Of a DNA stretch of 64,000 nucleotides, positions 52,891-62,715 are shown piece after piece. This DNA is from Bacteroidota bacterium (GTDB lineage: Bacteria > Bacteroidota > Bacteroidia > Bacteroidales > FEN-979). Positions within the stretch are counted from its first letter, which is position 1. Every line of letters begins with the position of its first letter. Under the pieces are notes generated by a model, which was not told where the DNA came from, did no database searches, and saw only the letters and a list, made by a program, of their open reading frames with translations. The DNA is taken from contig JAPLDK010000007.1 of NCBI GenBank assembly GCA_026391775.1, positions 1,065 to 65,064 on the forward strand, written 5' to 3'. A program made the translations under genes and the position numbers.

Positions 52891-53479
52891 TCCTGGTATA
52901 ATCCCCGGAGACCTCCCTCATAACAAATTTGTCAACAGTGTAATCCGTTTTATTGAAATACAGGATTATTTCGCTCAGGGTCTCCTTGATACGCAGGTTT
53001 ACAGGTACCATTGACGCCAGGTACTGGTCATGCAGATCGGATATATTGCACTCGAAGTTCTTTGTGTCCGACAACAGGGTCCCCTGAACTGCTCCTATGA
53101 GGATATTGTTGACTTCCCTGAACACCTTGTTTGACTGAAGGCTGATATGGTTTTCCTTATCCTCGTCTTTCACGAAAATTTTATCGTTGTTGAAAATAAT
53201 AAGGTAGGGAAATGGTTCCGTATATTCCCATCTGAGAAGCTTCTCCTTTTTAAAGTAAAAATTTCCTTTTGAGACAATCTTCTCCTTTATCACACTCAGT
53301 TCTTTCGTTTGTGTGAACTGGGCTTCTAATGAACCGGTTGTTTTTGAGGCATCACTGATCCTTTTTCTGACCTCCAATGCATCGGCTGGAGAAAGTGGTT
53401 TGGTCTGGGCCTGAACCTGAACTACCATGCATAAGCACTGCAGGATAGTGACTAATATAAGACTCTCAGCGGTTTTCAT
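52829..53479 (-). CDS. LolA-like outer-membrane lipoprotein carrier family protein
   Basis: 216 aa. Signal peptide, then GSLEAQFTQTKELSVIKEKIVSKGNFYFKKEKLLRWEYTEPFPYLIIFNNDKIFV, which follows the LolA pattern. Confidence 0.7.
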   Translation of the reverse strand: MKTAESLILVTILQCLCMVVQVQAQTKPLSPADALEVRKRISDASKTTGSLEAQFTQTKELSVIKEKIVSKGNFYFKKEKLLRWEYTEPFPYLIIFNNDKIFVKDEDKENHISLQSNKVFREVNNILIGAVQGTLLSDTKNFECNISDLHDQYLASMVPVNLRIKETLSEIILYFNKTDYTVDKFVMREVSGDYTRIEFSGKKINQNVPDAKFNIP

Positions 53480-54290
53480 AGGCTTGCAGCTTTAATATTT
53501 CATCCAGGGGAATAAAACTAAAACCTCTTTCCTGCAATGATACAATTATTTTTTCAAGAATTCCGGCTGTCAGAACCGAGCTATCATGAAAAAGCATGAT
53601 ATCACCGGGCTTTGTTTTAGTTATTGCTTTATTGAGCAGGGATGAGGGATTGGTGGCAGTAGTATCGAATGATCTGAAGCTCCATGCCACAACCTTAACG
53701 CCTGTTTTGTGGATCGCTTTTGCAACCATTGGATTGATGACCCCATAAGGAGGTCTGAAAAACTTCATCCTTTTGCCTGTTATCCTTTCCGTTTCCAGAA
53801 TATTCCGCTCAATGTCATCCGCCATCCTTAAAGAAGAATACAAATCCCATAAATAGCTGTGTGACCAGGAATGATTTCCGATAATATGGCTTTCAGCGGC
53901 TAATTTTTTCAGGATTTCTTCATTCCCGCTTATTTTTCTTCCGATAATAAAGAAAGCTGCTTTGATTTCGAATTTTGCGAGTATATCAAGGATCTGAGGA
54001 GTGGTCTCAGCGTCCGGTCCGTCATCAAAAGTCAGTGAAAGTATTTTTTTCTCAGTTTTCCCGTTGGAATAAACTTCACTGTAATGAAATCCCGAAGAAG
54101 GGACAAATGCCATGCCCACCGAGACTCCAAGGTAAACCGATACGAGTACCAGGTAAAACAGCCATGGCATGCTGCAAAAGCAAGAGATAAAGCATGTTCC
54201 GCAAGGGCATATGACAATCCTGCATGCCGTAAACAGTAAAAAAAGCAGCAGAAACAGGGTGGACGTATTTCTGAAATTCAGGATCTTCAC
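53466..54290 (-). CDS. Polysaccharide deacetylase (NodB homology domain) with Cys-rich N-terminal membrane anchor
   Basis: NodB motifs LTFDDGPD, GNHSWSH and FRPPYG. Start placed at the GTG at 54288-54290, which overlaps the upstream stop (GTGA). The ORF-track ATG at 54434 would overlap the CLF-like gene by 148 nt. Confidence 0.7.
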   Translation of the reverse strand: MKILNFRNTSTLFLLLFLLFTACRIVICPCGTCFISCFCSMPWLFYLVLVSVYLGVSVGMAFVPSSGFHYSEVYSNGKTEKKILSLTFDDGPDAETTPQILDILAKFEIKAAFFIIGRKISGNEEILKKLAAESHIIGNHSWSHSYLWDLYSSLRMADDIERNILETERITGKRMKFFRPPYGVINPMVAKAIHKTGVKVVAWSFRSFDTTATNPSSLLNKAITKTKPGDIMLFHDSSVLTAGILEKIIVSLQERGFSFIPLDEILKLQAYENR

Positions 54291-55360
54291 GGTTTCCGTA
54301 TCAGAATAAAGGAATGATTCAGGTCCAGGTAATGATTGTATAAAAGGATCGTATTTATGGGTCTGTCCCCACAGTTTCGAACTACCGCTGCTTCCGGTAC
54401 CTGCCCGTGTTTCATGATCATTGAAGCCATCCATAGCCCAAAAGCCGAGGAAGTCATATACTCCCCGCTCAGGTGCTTCCAGGCTGCAATGCCGGCATTT
54501 TTAACTGAGTCAGTAAGTTCTTTATATGGTTTGGCGGATGTGGAGTCACCGTTCATCCCGCATACTGCCAGGTCAATTTCTTCAGGCATGATACCTGATC
54601 TATTAAGAAAACCTGAAAGGATTGAAGGCAGCGACTTTACTGAATCCTTCCGGTTAAACGTAAGGATGTCGGTCAGCGCTGCATATGTTCCGTGAGAAGC
54701 AGTAGTTGAGAGAAGGAAAAAAGCCGATCCTTCACCTGCTATGCTTCCCCTTGAAGTAGATGTAAACAGTTCAAACGTATCCACCGGTTTTCTTCTCCAA
54801 TGGCCAAGCCGGCTTGTGATCTCAAAGGAGCCATTGGTAAGTTCGTCCATTCCTCCAGTGAGTACTGTTGAGGTTCTGCCGTTTCTCAATTGAATCACAG
54901 AGTCGAGTAAAGCCGATTCAAACGACCAGCCCCGATGAACATAAGTATAATTATAGTTGTGGCATCTCAAGAGCAGTGCAATCTGTGCTGAAACTGTATT
55001 ATGAGTCGATTGAATGAAAGAAGTCGGAGTGAGAAGCTCTTCCTTGTTCCTGATCAGGGTTGTAAGAAATTTTTCAGTGTCTTCAAGGCATCCCAGCCCT
55101 GTCCCTGTGATTATGGCATCCGGCATCCCGCATCCAGAATCTGCCAGGCAGATCCTTGACGAGGCCACGCCCATTTTGATGAGCCTGCCCATCCTTCGCA
55201 GGATATCTGGACTGATAAAATCCCTGTAATTCGGCTCAATGCATGCGAGACGGTTTGACTGAGTTCTGTTAACTTCATCAAGGAAGTGGTTGTTATCAGT
55301 TGTTTTTTGGGGAGATACATTTCCCAGGCCGTTGATATATATAACATTTACAGCTGTCAT
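54287..55360 (-). CDS. KS-like chain-length-factor-type protein (no active-site Cys)
   Basis: Thiolase fold. At the KS Cys position it reads FIQSTHNTVSAQIALLL. Start set at the ATG at 55360 (MTAVNVIYINGLGNVSPQ), which parallels MAYINGIGIISPQ of the paralogue. Confidence 0.7.
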   Translation of the reverse strand: MTAVNVIYINGLGNVSPQKTTDNNHFLDEVNRTQSNRLACIEPNYRDFISPDILRRMGRLIKMGVASSRICLADSGCGMPDAIITGTGLGCLEDTEKFLTTLIRNKEELLTPTSFIQSTHNTVSAQIALLLRCHNYNYTYVHRGWSFESALLDSVIQLRNGRTSTVLTGGMDELTNGSFEITSRLGHWRRKPVDTFELFTSTSRGSIAGEGSAFFLLSTTASHGTYAALTDILTFNRKDSVKSLPSILSGFLNRSGIMPEEIDLAVCGMNGDSTSAKPYKELTDSVKNAGIAAWKHLSGEYMTSSAFGLWMASMIMKHGQVPEAAVVRNCGDRPINTILLYNHYLDLNHSFILIRKP

Positions 55361-55364
55361 GGGA

Positions 55365-56579
55365 TCATCGGGGATTGTATTTTGAGAGAACAAGTGATGA
55401 ATTATTCCCCCCGAATCCAAATGAATTGGATAACACATGTTCAACCATAATATCCTTCAGAAGGGTGGTGACCGGACGGATATAAAGTTCTTTCATTGGT
55501 GTTGTCCAACGTAGATTGGGGAAAATACAATTATGCTGTATAGATAGCAGGGATATTACGGCTTCTATAGCTCCTGCAGCACCCAGGGTATGCCCTGTAT
55601 AGGATTTTGTCGAACTGAAGGGGGGTACATACTCTCCGAATAGTTTCTGAACGGCCATACCTTCACTAAGATCATTATTCTGTGTTCCGGTACCATGAAC
55701 GTTAATATAATTGATGTTGCCTGGCACGATACCACTCATCTCCATTGCTTTGGCCATAGCTAACCCTGCTCCAATTCCTTCCGGTGAAGAAGCTGTCTGA
55801 TGGTAGGCATCGTTTGCATTTCCATAACCACTCAGCAGACCAACTATTTTCTTCCCTTCCTTAAGGGCCAGTTCTTCGGATTCAAGAACAAGAAATGCAG
55901 ATCCTTCCCCAATCGTAAGGCCGGCACGGTTCTCATCAAAGGGGCAGCAACCTTCTTTATCAAGTATCATCAGGGTGTTAAAACCGTTCAGGGTAAAACG
56001 TGTCACTGCATCGGTTCCTCCTGCGATCACCCTGTCGAGCATCCCTGCTTTTATCAACTCCGAACCGAACATGATTGAATTTGCAGAGGAACTGCAGGCA
56101 GTACTTATAGTTGTAGTTAAATCACAGATACCCAGATATTCTGCAATCTTTTCTGTGCTGTCACCGCAGTCATGGTTAATTACTTCTGAGAGTTTGCCTT
56201 TTGCCAGGTTTTCAAGAAACAATGGATAAAAATCCTCGGTGCGGTCCATGCCGCCAACCGTGTTGGCCGAAACAAGACCTGTTCTATATGATTGGCCGGG
56301 TTTCACGCCGGCCATTTCTGTAGCCTGCCTGGCGGCAACAATTCCTAGAAGGGTCGTTCGGGAATACTTCTTTTTACTCTTCAGACAGCATAATTCCAGC
56401 AATTCTTCATTGGATCTCTTAACTTCGGCAAGGGGCAGTTTACCTTTGTGAATCGTTTCAAACTTTGTGATCTCCCCAATACCGGAAATTCCATCCATCA
56501 ATGAATGAAGCACTTCATCAGCATTCATCCCGATGGAGGAGATTATTCCGTAACCTGTAATCACAACACGGTTTCCCAT
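55365..56579 (-). CDS. Beta-ketoacyl synthase (type II PKS/FAS KS)
   Basis: 404 aa. TISTACSSSANSIMFG (Cys), NVHGTGTQNND and KSYTGHTLGAAGAIE. Confidence 0.9.
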   Translation of the reverse strand: MGNRVVITGYGIISSIGMNADEVLHSLMDGISGIGEITKFETIHKGKLPLAEVKRSNEELLELCCLKSKKKYSRTTLLGIVAARQATEMAGVKPGQSYRTGLVSANTVGGMDRTEDFYPLFLENLAKGKLSEVINHDCGDSTEKIAEYLGICDLTTTISTACSSSANSIMFGSELIKAGMLDRVIAGGTDAVTRFTLNGFNTLMILDKEGCCPFDENRAGLTIGEGSAFLVLESEELALKEGKKIVGLLSGYGNANDAYHQTASSPEGIGAGLAMAKAMEMSGIVPGNINYINVHGTGTQNNDLSEGMAVQKLFGEYVPPFSSTKSYTGHTLGAAGAIEAVISLLSIQHNCIFPNLRWTTPMKELYIRPVTTLLKDIMVEHVLSNSFGFGGNNSSLVLSKYNPR

Positions 56580-56601
56580 GATATCTGAACGATTGTGGCT
56601 A

Positions 56602-56609
56602 CAAATTTA
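56602..56609 (-). promoter_or_regulatory. Candidate internal -7 element (TAAATTTG)
   Basis: The complement reads TAAATTTG. It lies 22 nt upstream of the KS ATG at 56579, in the 47-nt gap between the two KS/CLF pairs. Confidence 0.3.
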
Positions 56610-56626
56610 GGAAAATTCCGGAGGTA

Positions 56627-57682
56627 TTATCTCCTGACCAGGATAAAGGAGTGGTCGGTGTTCCAGAAATGGTTGTGTATCAGTATGTTTTGAAGCTTTC
56701 CGGGAGATTTTGGAAGACACGGCAGGGAAGAAGGGATAAACTGCTTCCGGAGGATATTGGCTGCAAGATACAGGGCGAAACCCGAAACGGTATGGTATTC
56801 CCCGCAAAGATGCTTATAAACCATGTGGGATGCTGAAGGAAGGGCATGTTCTATAACATCATTGCAAATCCTGTCATGTTCCTCATTGCCGTTGTTGCCC
56901 ATAAGAACCAGGTCCACATCTTCAGGTTTAAGGCCATTTTCGGAAATAAACCGGACTACAGTTTCTGCAGTCTTGTCTGTTGATTCCGGTTTGTAAAGAG
57001 TCTCAACAGCTGCAAGGCATGCATAGGTTTTATCAGTTCTTTCTTCTGAAATAATGAAATAAGCTGCACCTTCCCCGGCAAGTGCGCCAGGCACTTTGCT
57101 TGACCATAAGTCAAGGTTCCGGATTGCTTCACGCTTCCAAAGTCCCAGCCTTCGTATAATCGAAAGGTGATTGAGGGTCATCTCGTCAATCCCGCCTGCA
57201 AGAACGTTTACGGCCGTGCCTTCCTCTATTTGTAAAAGTGCATCGATAAGGCAGCTTTCCAGGGAGAAACAACGATGCACATAAGTTGAATTATACTGAT
57301 GGCATTTCAGGTTGATTGCAATTTGTGAACTGATTGTGTTGTATGTAGACTGAATGAAAGGTGTAGGGTTTAGAAATTTCTCCTCTTTCGAAAGCTCGCC
57401 AAGTATTTTTTCTGTATCCTCCACGCTGCCCAGGCCGGTACCTGTAATAATTGCATCAGGCATTTCAATACCGGCATCCTGAACACAGATCTTTGCAGAG
57501 CTTATACCCATTTTAATCAGACGGCTCATCCTCCTTGATGCCATGGGATCTATATACGATTTGTAAACAGGTTCAATGGATTTCAGGAATTCGGAAGTAT
57601 GCTCTACAACCGGCTCTAAAAAATCCGAACCAGGCAGAGTGTTCTGAGGTGAGATAATGCCTATTCCATTAATGTATGCCAT
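56627..57682 (-). CDS. KS-like chain-length-factor-type protein (no active-site Cys)
   Basis: 351 aa. FIQSTYNTISSQIAINL sits at the Cys position. Paralogue of 54287..55360. Confidence 0.7.
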   Translation of the reverse strand: MAYINGIGIISPQNTLPGSDFLEPVVEHTSEFLKSIEPVYKSYIDPMASRRMSRLIKMGISSAKICVQDAGIEMPDAIITGTGLGSVEDTEKILGELSKEEKFLNPTPFIQSTYNTISSQIAINLKCHQYNSTYVHRCFSLESCLIDALLQIEEGTAVNVLAGGIDEMTLNHLSIIRRLGLWKREAIRNLDLWSSKVPGALAGEGAAYFIISEERTDKTYACLAAVETLYKPESTDKTAETVVRFISENGLKPEDVDLVLMGNNGNEEHDRICNDVIEHALPSASHMVYKHLCGEYHTVSGFALYLAANILRKQFIPSSLPCLPKSPGKLQNILIHNHFWNTDHSFILVRR

Positions 57683-58877
57683 GCTTCTTAAAAATCAGGG
57701 AACTGTCATTACCACCGAAACCAAAGGAATTGCTCATTACTACTTTCATATTAACGCTCCTGATCATTTCTCCGGCTGGCCGGAACTGTAGTTCAGGCAT
57801 AGGATTTGAGAAGTTCATGTTTGGCCAGATAATACCATTCTGCAGGCCGAGTATTGAAATTATTGCTTCGGCAGAGCCTGCGGCAGATGTCATATGCCCG
57901 GTAAACGGTTTGGTTGAACTCACGTATGGGACCTTCCCCGTGAACAGCTTTTCTATAGCCCTGCCTTCTGAAAGGTCGTTATTATCGGTTCCTGTTCCGT
58001 GAGCATTAATGTAATCCACAGTATCAGGCGTTTCTCCGCTCATATCAAGGGCCTTTTTCATAGCCAGGTATGCGCCGGTGCCATCAGGGGAGGAGGCGGT
58101 CTGGTGAAAAGCCTCGCAGGCATTTCCATATCCAACAAGCTCACAAATCACTGTATTGCCTGTTTTTTTATTGGTTTCTTCTGTCTCCATTACAAGATAT
58201 GCCGCTCCCTCGCCCAGGTTAATCCCGTTACGTGTTGCATCGAACGGGCGGCAAGGCTGTTTATCCAGAATTTTCAAAGCATTAAAGCCGTTAAGATGAA
58301 ATTTTGTCAGGGATTCTGTTCCCCCTGCAATTGCACAATCCAGTTTCCCTGCTTTCATCAGTCTGGATGCAAACATTATTGAATTGGCAGCTGATGAACA
58401 GGCCGTACTGATAGTGGTCATAAATCCTTTCAAACCCAGGTTGTCGGCGATTTTTTCAGTACTATCGGCACAATCATAAGTGCTGATGAAACTGTTTTTA
58501 CTGTCGTTTGTTAGAAAATCCTGATAGTATTTTTCACATTCATCCATGCCACCGACTGTAGTACCCGAAATCAGGCCAATTCTGATGCCTGGATGGTTAT
58601 TTAAACAGGCATGTGAAAAGGCTTCATTTGCAGCTACAATGCCCAGCAGGGTATTCCGGGTATAGACTTCGGTATTCTGCAATCCCGCATACTTCATCAG
58701 TTCCTCGTTTGTCATGAGAACTTCAGAAACCGCAAGTTCGTCCTTAAGGTTTGTTTCAATATGCCTTATAGGGCCGATTGCGGAACGAAGATTTAACAGT
58801 GAAGTAAGGTTTTCCTGAACATTGCTACCCATACCAGATATAAACCCTAATCCGGTAACAAAAATCCTTGAAGGCAT
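57669..58877 (-). CDS. Beta-ketoacyl synthase (type II PKS/FAS KS)
   Basis: 402 aa. TISTACSSAANSIMFA, NAHGTGTDNND and KPFTGHMTSAAGSAE. Paralogue of 55365..56579. Confidence 0.9.
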   Translation of the reverse strand: MPSRIFVTGLGFISGMGSNVQENLTSLLNLRSAIGPIRHIETNLKDELAVSEVLMTNEELMKYAGLQNTEVYTRNTLLGIVAANEAFSHACLNNHPGIRIGLISGTTVGGMDECEKYYQDFLTNDSKNSFISTYDCADSTEKIADNLGLKGFMTTISTACSSAANSIMFASRLMKAGKLDCAIAGGTESLTKFHLNGFNALKILDKQPCRPFDATRNGINLGEGAAYLVMETEETNKKTGNTVICELVGYGNACEAFHQTASSPDGTGAYLAMKKALDMSGETPDTVDYINAHGTGTDNNDLSEGRAIEKLFTGKVPYVSSTKPFTGHMTSAAGSAEAIISILGLQNGIIWPNMNFSNPMPELQFRPAGEMIRSVNMKVVMSNSFGFGGNDSSLIFKKHGIH

Positions 58878-59138
58878 TTATGCTTTCTTTTGATGCTCGG
58901 TAATATATTCGGCCATTGTACGGATTGAATAAAAGATCTTTTTCCCGTCTTTGGGGTCTTCTATCTTAATACCGTAATTCTTTTCCAGGAGGACAATAAG
59001 TTCCAGGGCATCGATTGAATCCAGGCCCAGGCCTTCCCCGAACAAGGGTGCATCGGGGTTAATATCATCCACAGAAATATCTTCGAGATTAAGCTGTGTA
59101 ATTACTTCTTTTTTAAGTTTGTTGATCAATTCGTCCAT
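58878..59138 (-). CDS. Acyl carrier protein
   Basis: 86 aa. LGLDSIDALELIVLLE. Confidence 0.9.
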   Translation of the reverse strand: MDELINKLKKEVITQLNLEDISVDDINPDAPLFGEGLGLDSIDALELIVLLEKNYGIKIEDPKDGKKIFYSIRTMAEYITEHQKKA

Positions 59139-59791
59139 ATTTTAGTTTCAGTTAAATTCATTAATTCATTAAGCGAAGCTTCAGTAAAAGGCAATGCGCT
59201 GAACCCTGTTTTCAGGACATCAGCATTTTCCTTTTCAACAAGGGAAACCATTGCCCTGAATGTATTGCCGAGAATTTCAACCCAACCGCAAATACAGGCC
59301 TCGGCACGGTTATTATCAAGAAGTTCTGAAACATGATTCTGCAGCTGCATGGGGTTGAACTTTTCGCTGATCAGAAATGCATTTTCCCCTTTCAGGCTGT
59401 GCCGTATACAGATTTCTCCGATGACGATATTTGCCAGGGTATAGACAAAAACCGAAGGGCTTGGGAAATAGGCCGATCTGTTTCTGATACTGGCCTGATG
59501 CGACAGGTCGGATTCCAGGCTGGAACTTGAATTAGCAAGCACCACCGCAAGCGATCCGGGTTTGAATCTACCGGAGTTTTCATGTCTGAGCAGCAATTCG
59601 GCAGACATAAATCCAAGCTTACTCAATGGATCCATTTTGTAAAACTTGGAATACGATATCTGCTCCTGCTTATACAGAGCCTTGATAAACTCGGCAAAAG
59701 TAGCAATTTTTTCCTGATAAAAGATAAGTCGCTTGTTAACAACTACTTTACCTTCCCCGATATAGGTATATGCCGTGATCAGTTTCTCCAT
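59126..59791 (-). CDS. Short KS N-terminal-like / chain-length-factor-like protein (ApeC-like size class)
   Basis: About 221 aa from the ATG at 59791, which is 2 nt after the upstream KS stop. Has a thiolase-like N-terminal half without a Cys nucleophile (LAVVLANSSSSLESD). Sits between a KS and an ACP, as in aryl polyene clusters. Confidence 0.55.
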   Translation of the reverse strand: MEKLITAYTYIGEGKVVVNKRLIFYQEKIATFAEFIKALYKQEQISYSKFYKMDPLSKLGFMSAELLLRHENSGRFKPGSLAVVLANSSSSLESDLSHQASIRNRSAYFPSPSVFVYTLANIVIGEICIRHSLKGENAFLISEKFNPMQLQNHVSELLDNNRAEACICGWVEILGNTFRAMVSLVEKENADVLKTGFSALPFTEASLNELMNLTETKIWTN

Positions 59792-59793
59792 GC

Positions 59794-60966
59794 TCAGGTT
59801 TTTTGAAATACCAGGGCTGCATTGCATCCTCCGAAACCGGAGGCCGTTTTCAGGCAGGTATTAACAGGTTTATGTATTGTTTCGGTCACAACATTGATTC
59901 GCTCAGAGACTCCGGAGACTTCAAAACCCGCTGATTTAAAAAGCACGTTCGCTTTCATTGACAATATGAGAGCTGCTGATTCCATAAGTCCCGATGCACC
60001 AAGCGTATGCCCCCAGTAGCCTTTAAAACTGTTAACATGCACGTGGTTCATTTTGCTCAGAGAAATAGCTTTTGCTTCCATCTCGTCATTGTAAGGTGTT
60101 GCGGTGCCGTGAGCCGAAATATAATCAATTGCCGGATGTTCAAGGCCTGATTCTTCGAGAGCTTTATTTATAGCCATACTGAGCTCTTCACCTGTTCTTG
60201 AAGGGCCGGAAATATGATTGGCATCATTGCTCACCGATCCGCCCATTACAAGAATCCTGTCTTTCCTGTCCTCATTGATATTAGCTGAAAGCACTATTGT
60301 TCCACAGCCTTCGCCCAGTGACAGGCCGGTACGGTGAAGATCAAATGGTTTACAGGGTTCGGGGCTTAATGCCTGGAAAGACTGAAAGCCGGAGATCACA
60401 AATTCGCTGGCAATATCTCCGCCTGTGACAACCGCAGTTTCATATTTGCCGTAACGCAATAATCGGCTGGCCGTTATCAGAGCCATTACCCCCGAAATAC
60501 ATGCATTGCTTATGATCAGCGGAGTGTTTGCAAATCCAAAGAAATCCCGGAGAACCGAAGCCACCGCCCAGAGATAGATACGTTTATGATCGAATTTTGC
60601 CATAAACCGGTCTTCAAGCAAGTCGATATTTCCTTTGGTTGTTGAAAGGACCAGTATGACTTTATCATTCTCCGGTTTTACCGGAATTCCCGCCAAGGTA
60701 TCCGCTAATGAAAGGATCAGCAGTTTCTCCAGCCTGGTGTAATAGCCCGGTTTCTGGTCTTTTTTATAACTCTCAAGGATGGCTTCAAATTTCTGTTCAA
60801 GCCTGGCCGTATCAACCAGGGAAAGGGGGACAGGCTGGGGAGAAAGGTTTCCGTCTTGATTTATCCTGATCCCTGTAGTTCCTGCAAGCAGAGATTCAGC
60901 ATTTTCCAGGGCTGTAAACCCCAGTGAAGAGATGATGTTTTCGGAAATGGCGTAAACGGTTTTCAT
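59794..60966 (-). CDS. Beta-ketoacyl synthase (type II PKS/FAS KS)
   Basis: 390 aa. IISNACISGVMALITAS (Cys), SAHGTATPYND and KGYWGHTLGASGLME. Confidence 0.88.
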   Translation of the reverse strand: MKTVYAISENIISSLGFTALENAESLLAGTTGIRINQDGNLSPQPVPLSLVDTARLEQKFEAILESYKKDQKPGYYTRLEKLLILSLADTLAGIPVKPENDKVILVLSTTKGNIDLLEDRFMAKFDHKRIYLWAVASVLRDFFGFANTPLIISNACISGVMALITASRLLRYGKYETAVVTGGDIASEFVISGFQSFQALSPEPCKPFDLHRTGLSLGEGCGTIVLSANINEDRKDRILVMGGSVSNDANHISGPSRTGEELSMAINKALEESGLEHPAIDYISAHGTATPYNDEMEAKAISLSKMNHVHVNSFKGYWGHTLGASGLMESAALILSMKANVLFKSAGFEVSGVSERINVVTETIHKPVNTCLKTASGFGGCNAALVFQKT

Positions 60967-60976
60967 TATTCAATAA

Positions 60977-61393
60977 TTATTCAACGCTCCACTTCCTTTT
61001 CCATCCTGTATAAAATTCAGGAGATGTTAATAGCAGATCGCCTTCAGGGGTCAGAAACACCTGGGTTGAACTGCCTGTTGCTACTACTTCGCCATCTTTC
61101 TTTCTTGAGATTTTATACTCGAATACAATCTTGGCCGCTTCAGTAGGGATATATTTTGTCTCGATGATTAGATCATCACCGTAAACCAGAGGTTTTTTAT
61201 AATCGCAGTTCACTTTAACGATAGGGATAATCACATTGTGCCTGTATACATCAAGGTAACCAAGGCTGTATCTGAGACCAAACGATTCACGCCCGTCCTC
61301 GAAATATTTCAGATAATTTCCGTGCCAGACGATTTTCATGGAATCGACCTCACTGAATCTGACTGTAATCTCTTTGCTGTCGGTTAGTGTCAT
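60977..61393 (-). CDS. Hotdog-fold acyl thioesterase (4HBT-like)
   Basis: 138 aa. VRFSEVDSMKIVWHGNYLKYFEDGRESF. Confidence 0.7.
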   Translation of the reverse strand: MTLTDSKEITVRFSEVDSMKIVWHGNYLKYFEDGRESFGLRYSLGYLDVYRHNVIIPIVKVNCDYKKPLVYGDDLIIETKYIPTEAAKIVFEYKISRKKDGEVVATGSSTQVFLTPEGDLLLTSPEFYTGWKRKWSVE

Positions 61394-61394
61394 G

Positions 61395-62696
61395 TTAGCT
61401 ATTTAATGGAGAATTTATCCGGCGGTAAAATAAGGCAATTGAGATCATGACAACAAAAAAGGCAAGAAGTTTGGCTAATGGCGGCAGTATATCCACTAAG
61501 GTAGCCTGCCTCAGGAAAAGGTCAATAAAGCCTACGTGTGCCCAGTTCAATGGGGACCATGTTGCAATAGTTCGCATGACTTCAGGCATTAAGTACACCG
61601 GGACCCATAATCCGCCCAGAGCAGTAAATACCACCACTGAAACAACACCAAAGGCAGCAGCCTGCTGATGTGTTCGGGCAATAGTGCCGACTGCAATTGC
61701 GAAACCCAGGGCTGCAAGGCTTGAGGCAATCATCATGAGCAGGATACCAAAATAATTTGAACCTATGGTCAGGGGAGGAATTTTTGCGAGTGGAAGCACA
61801 AACCTGCCGGCAAGCACCATCAGTATGAACTGTATGATACAAACCATGGTGTATACGCTTACCTTGGCCATAAAAATTGTAAGATATGATACAGGCATTG
61901 TGTATATCCTGACCATACTGCCTTCTTCACGTTCCTTGATCATACTGCCTGTCATCGGGATCACAATAAAAAACATAGCAAACAGAGCCCAGGCCGGAAC
62001 ATTATGCTGGGTGGTTGAAGGCACTGCATTCTCATCCTTGCCTGCAGGAAAAATCTCCGAGAAATAAACTGTTTCCCTGTAATCCGATTTTGGAGGCTGA
62101 TACTGAGGGAACATTTTCTTCAGCTCGGAATTAAAGGAATCGAATATCATTGAAGATTCGATAAACATGCTGTATTCCTTCATTGATGCCATAAAAGCAT
62201 ATTTAAATGTCCCCTTGATCCCCGGGTCGAAATAAACAGCAATATTTATCGAGTCGTTAGACTGAATGTCGAGAAAGGGATTATCGACCGGCATCATGAT
62301 TCCCGAAACGATCTGGGTCACCATCACCTGTACTTTATGCCGTATTATCTTTGTGGACCCTTTTGGTATAATAACAGCGATATTATAGGCTCCTTTCGCA
62401 ATTTCCTCTTTCGCCACCTCACGGGTCAGGTTTATCCCGTCAAGGCTGGTATATACTTTGAAAATATTGGAACTCCTGAGGCCTTCCTGTATTTTGGCAC
62501 CAAGCGTATCATGGTCCTCATCCACAAGCAAAACAGGTATGGATGGGTCCTTTGTAAGGGAGCTCCAGCCCTGTTCCTGGACAAGAGCCAGGATAACGAC
62601 CATGATCATGGGCATAACGAAGAGGATGATCAGTCCCGCCATATCCCTGATCAGGATCAATGATTCTTTTCTGCAAGCGGAAAAAAATTTGAACAT
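61395..62696 (-). CDS. ABC-2 type transporter permease
   Basis: 433 aa. Has an N-terminal TM, a large loop and a C-terminal TM bundle. Lies immediately downstream of the ATPase. Confidence 0.75.
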   Translation of the reverse strand: MFKFFSACRKESLILIRDMAGLIILFVMPMIMVVILALVQEQGWSSLTKDPSIPVLLVDEDHDTLGAKIQEGLRSSNIFKVYTSLDGINLTREVAKEEIAKGAYNIAVIIPKGSTKIIRHKVQVMVTQIVSGIMMPVDNPFLDIQSNDSINIAVYFDPGIKGTFKYAFMASMKEYSMFIESSMIFDSFNSELKKMFPQYQPPKSDYRETVYFSEIFPAGKDENAVPSTTQHNVPAWALFAMFFIVIPMTGSMIKEREEGSMVRIYTMPVSYLTIFMAKVSVYTMVCIIQFILMVLAGRFVLPLAKIPPLTIGSNYFGILLMMIASSLAALGFAIAVGTIARTHQQAAAFGVVSVVVFTALGGLWVPVYLMPEVMRTIATWSPLNWAHVGFIDLFLRQATLVDILPPLAKLLAFFVVMISIALFYRRINSPLNS

Positions 62697-62715
62697 TGCG
62701 CCTTTCTTATCCCTA

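Noticed and set aside
54291-54434. Long N-terminal extension of the polysaccharide deacetylase ORF (track start at 54434)
   Set aside because: It would overlap the upstream CLF-like gene by 148 nt, and its translation is not protein-like (MDGFNDHETRAGTGSSGSSKLWGQTH...). A GTG overlapping the upstream stop (GTGA) gives a sensible membrane-anchored start.
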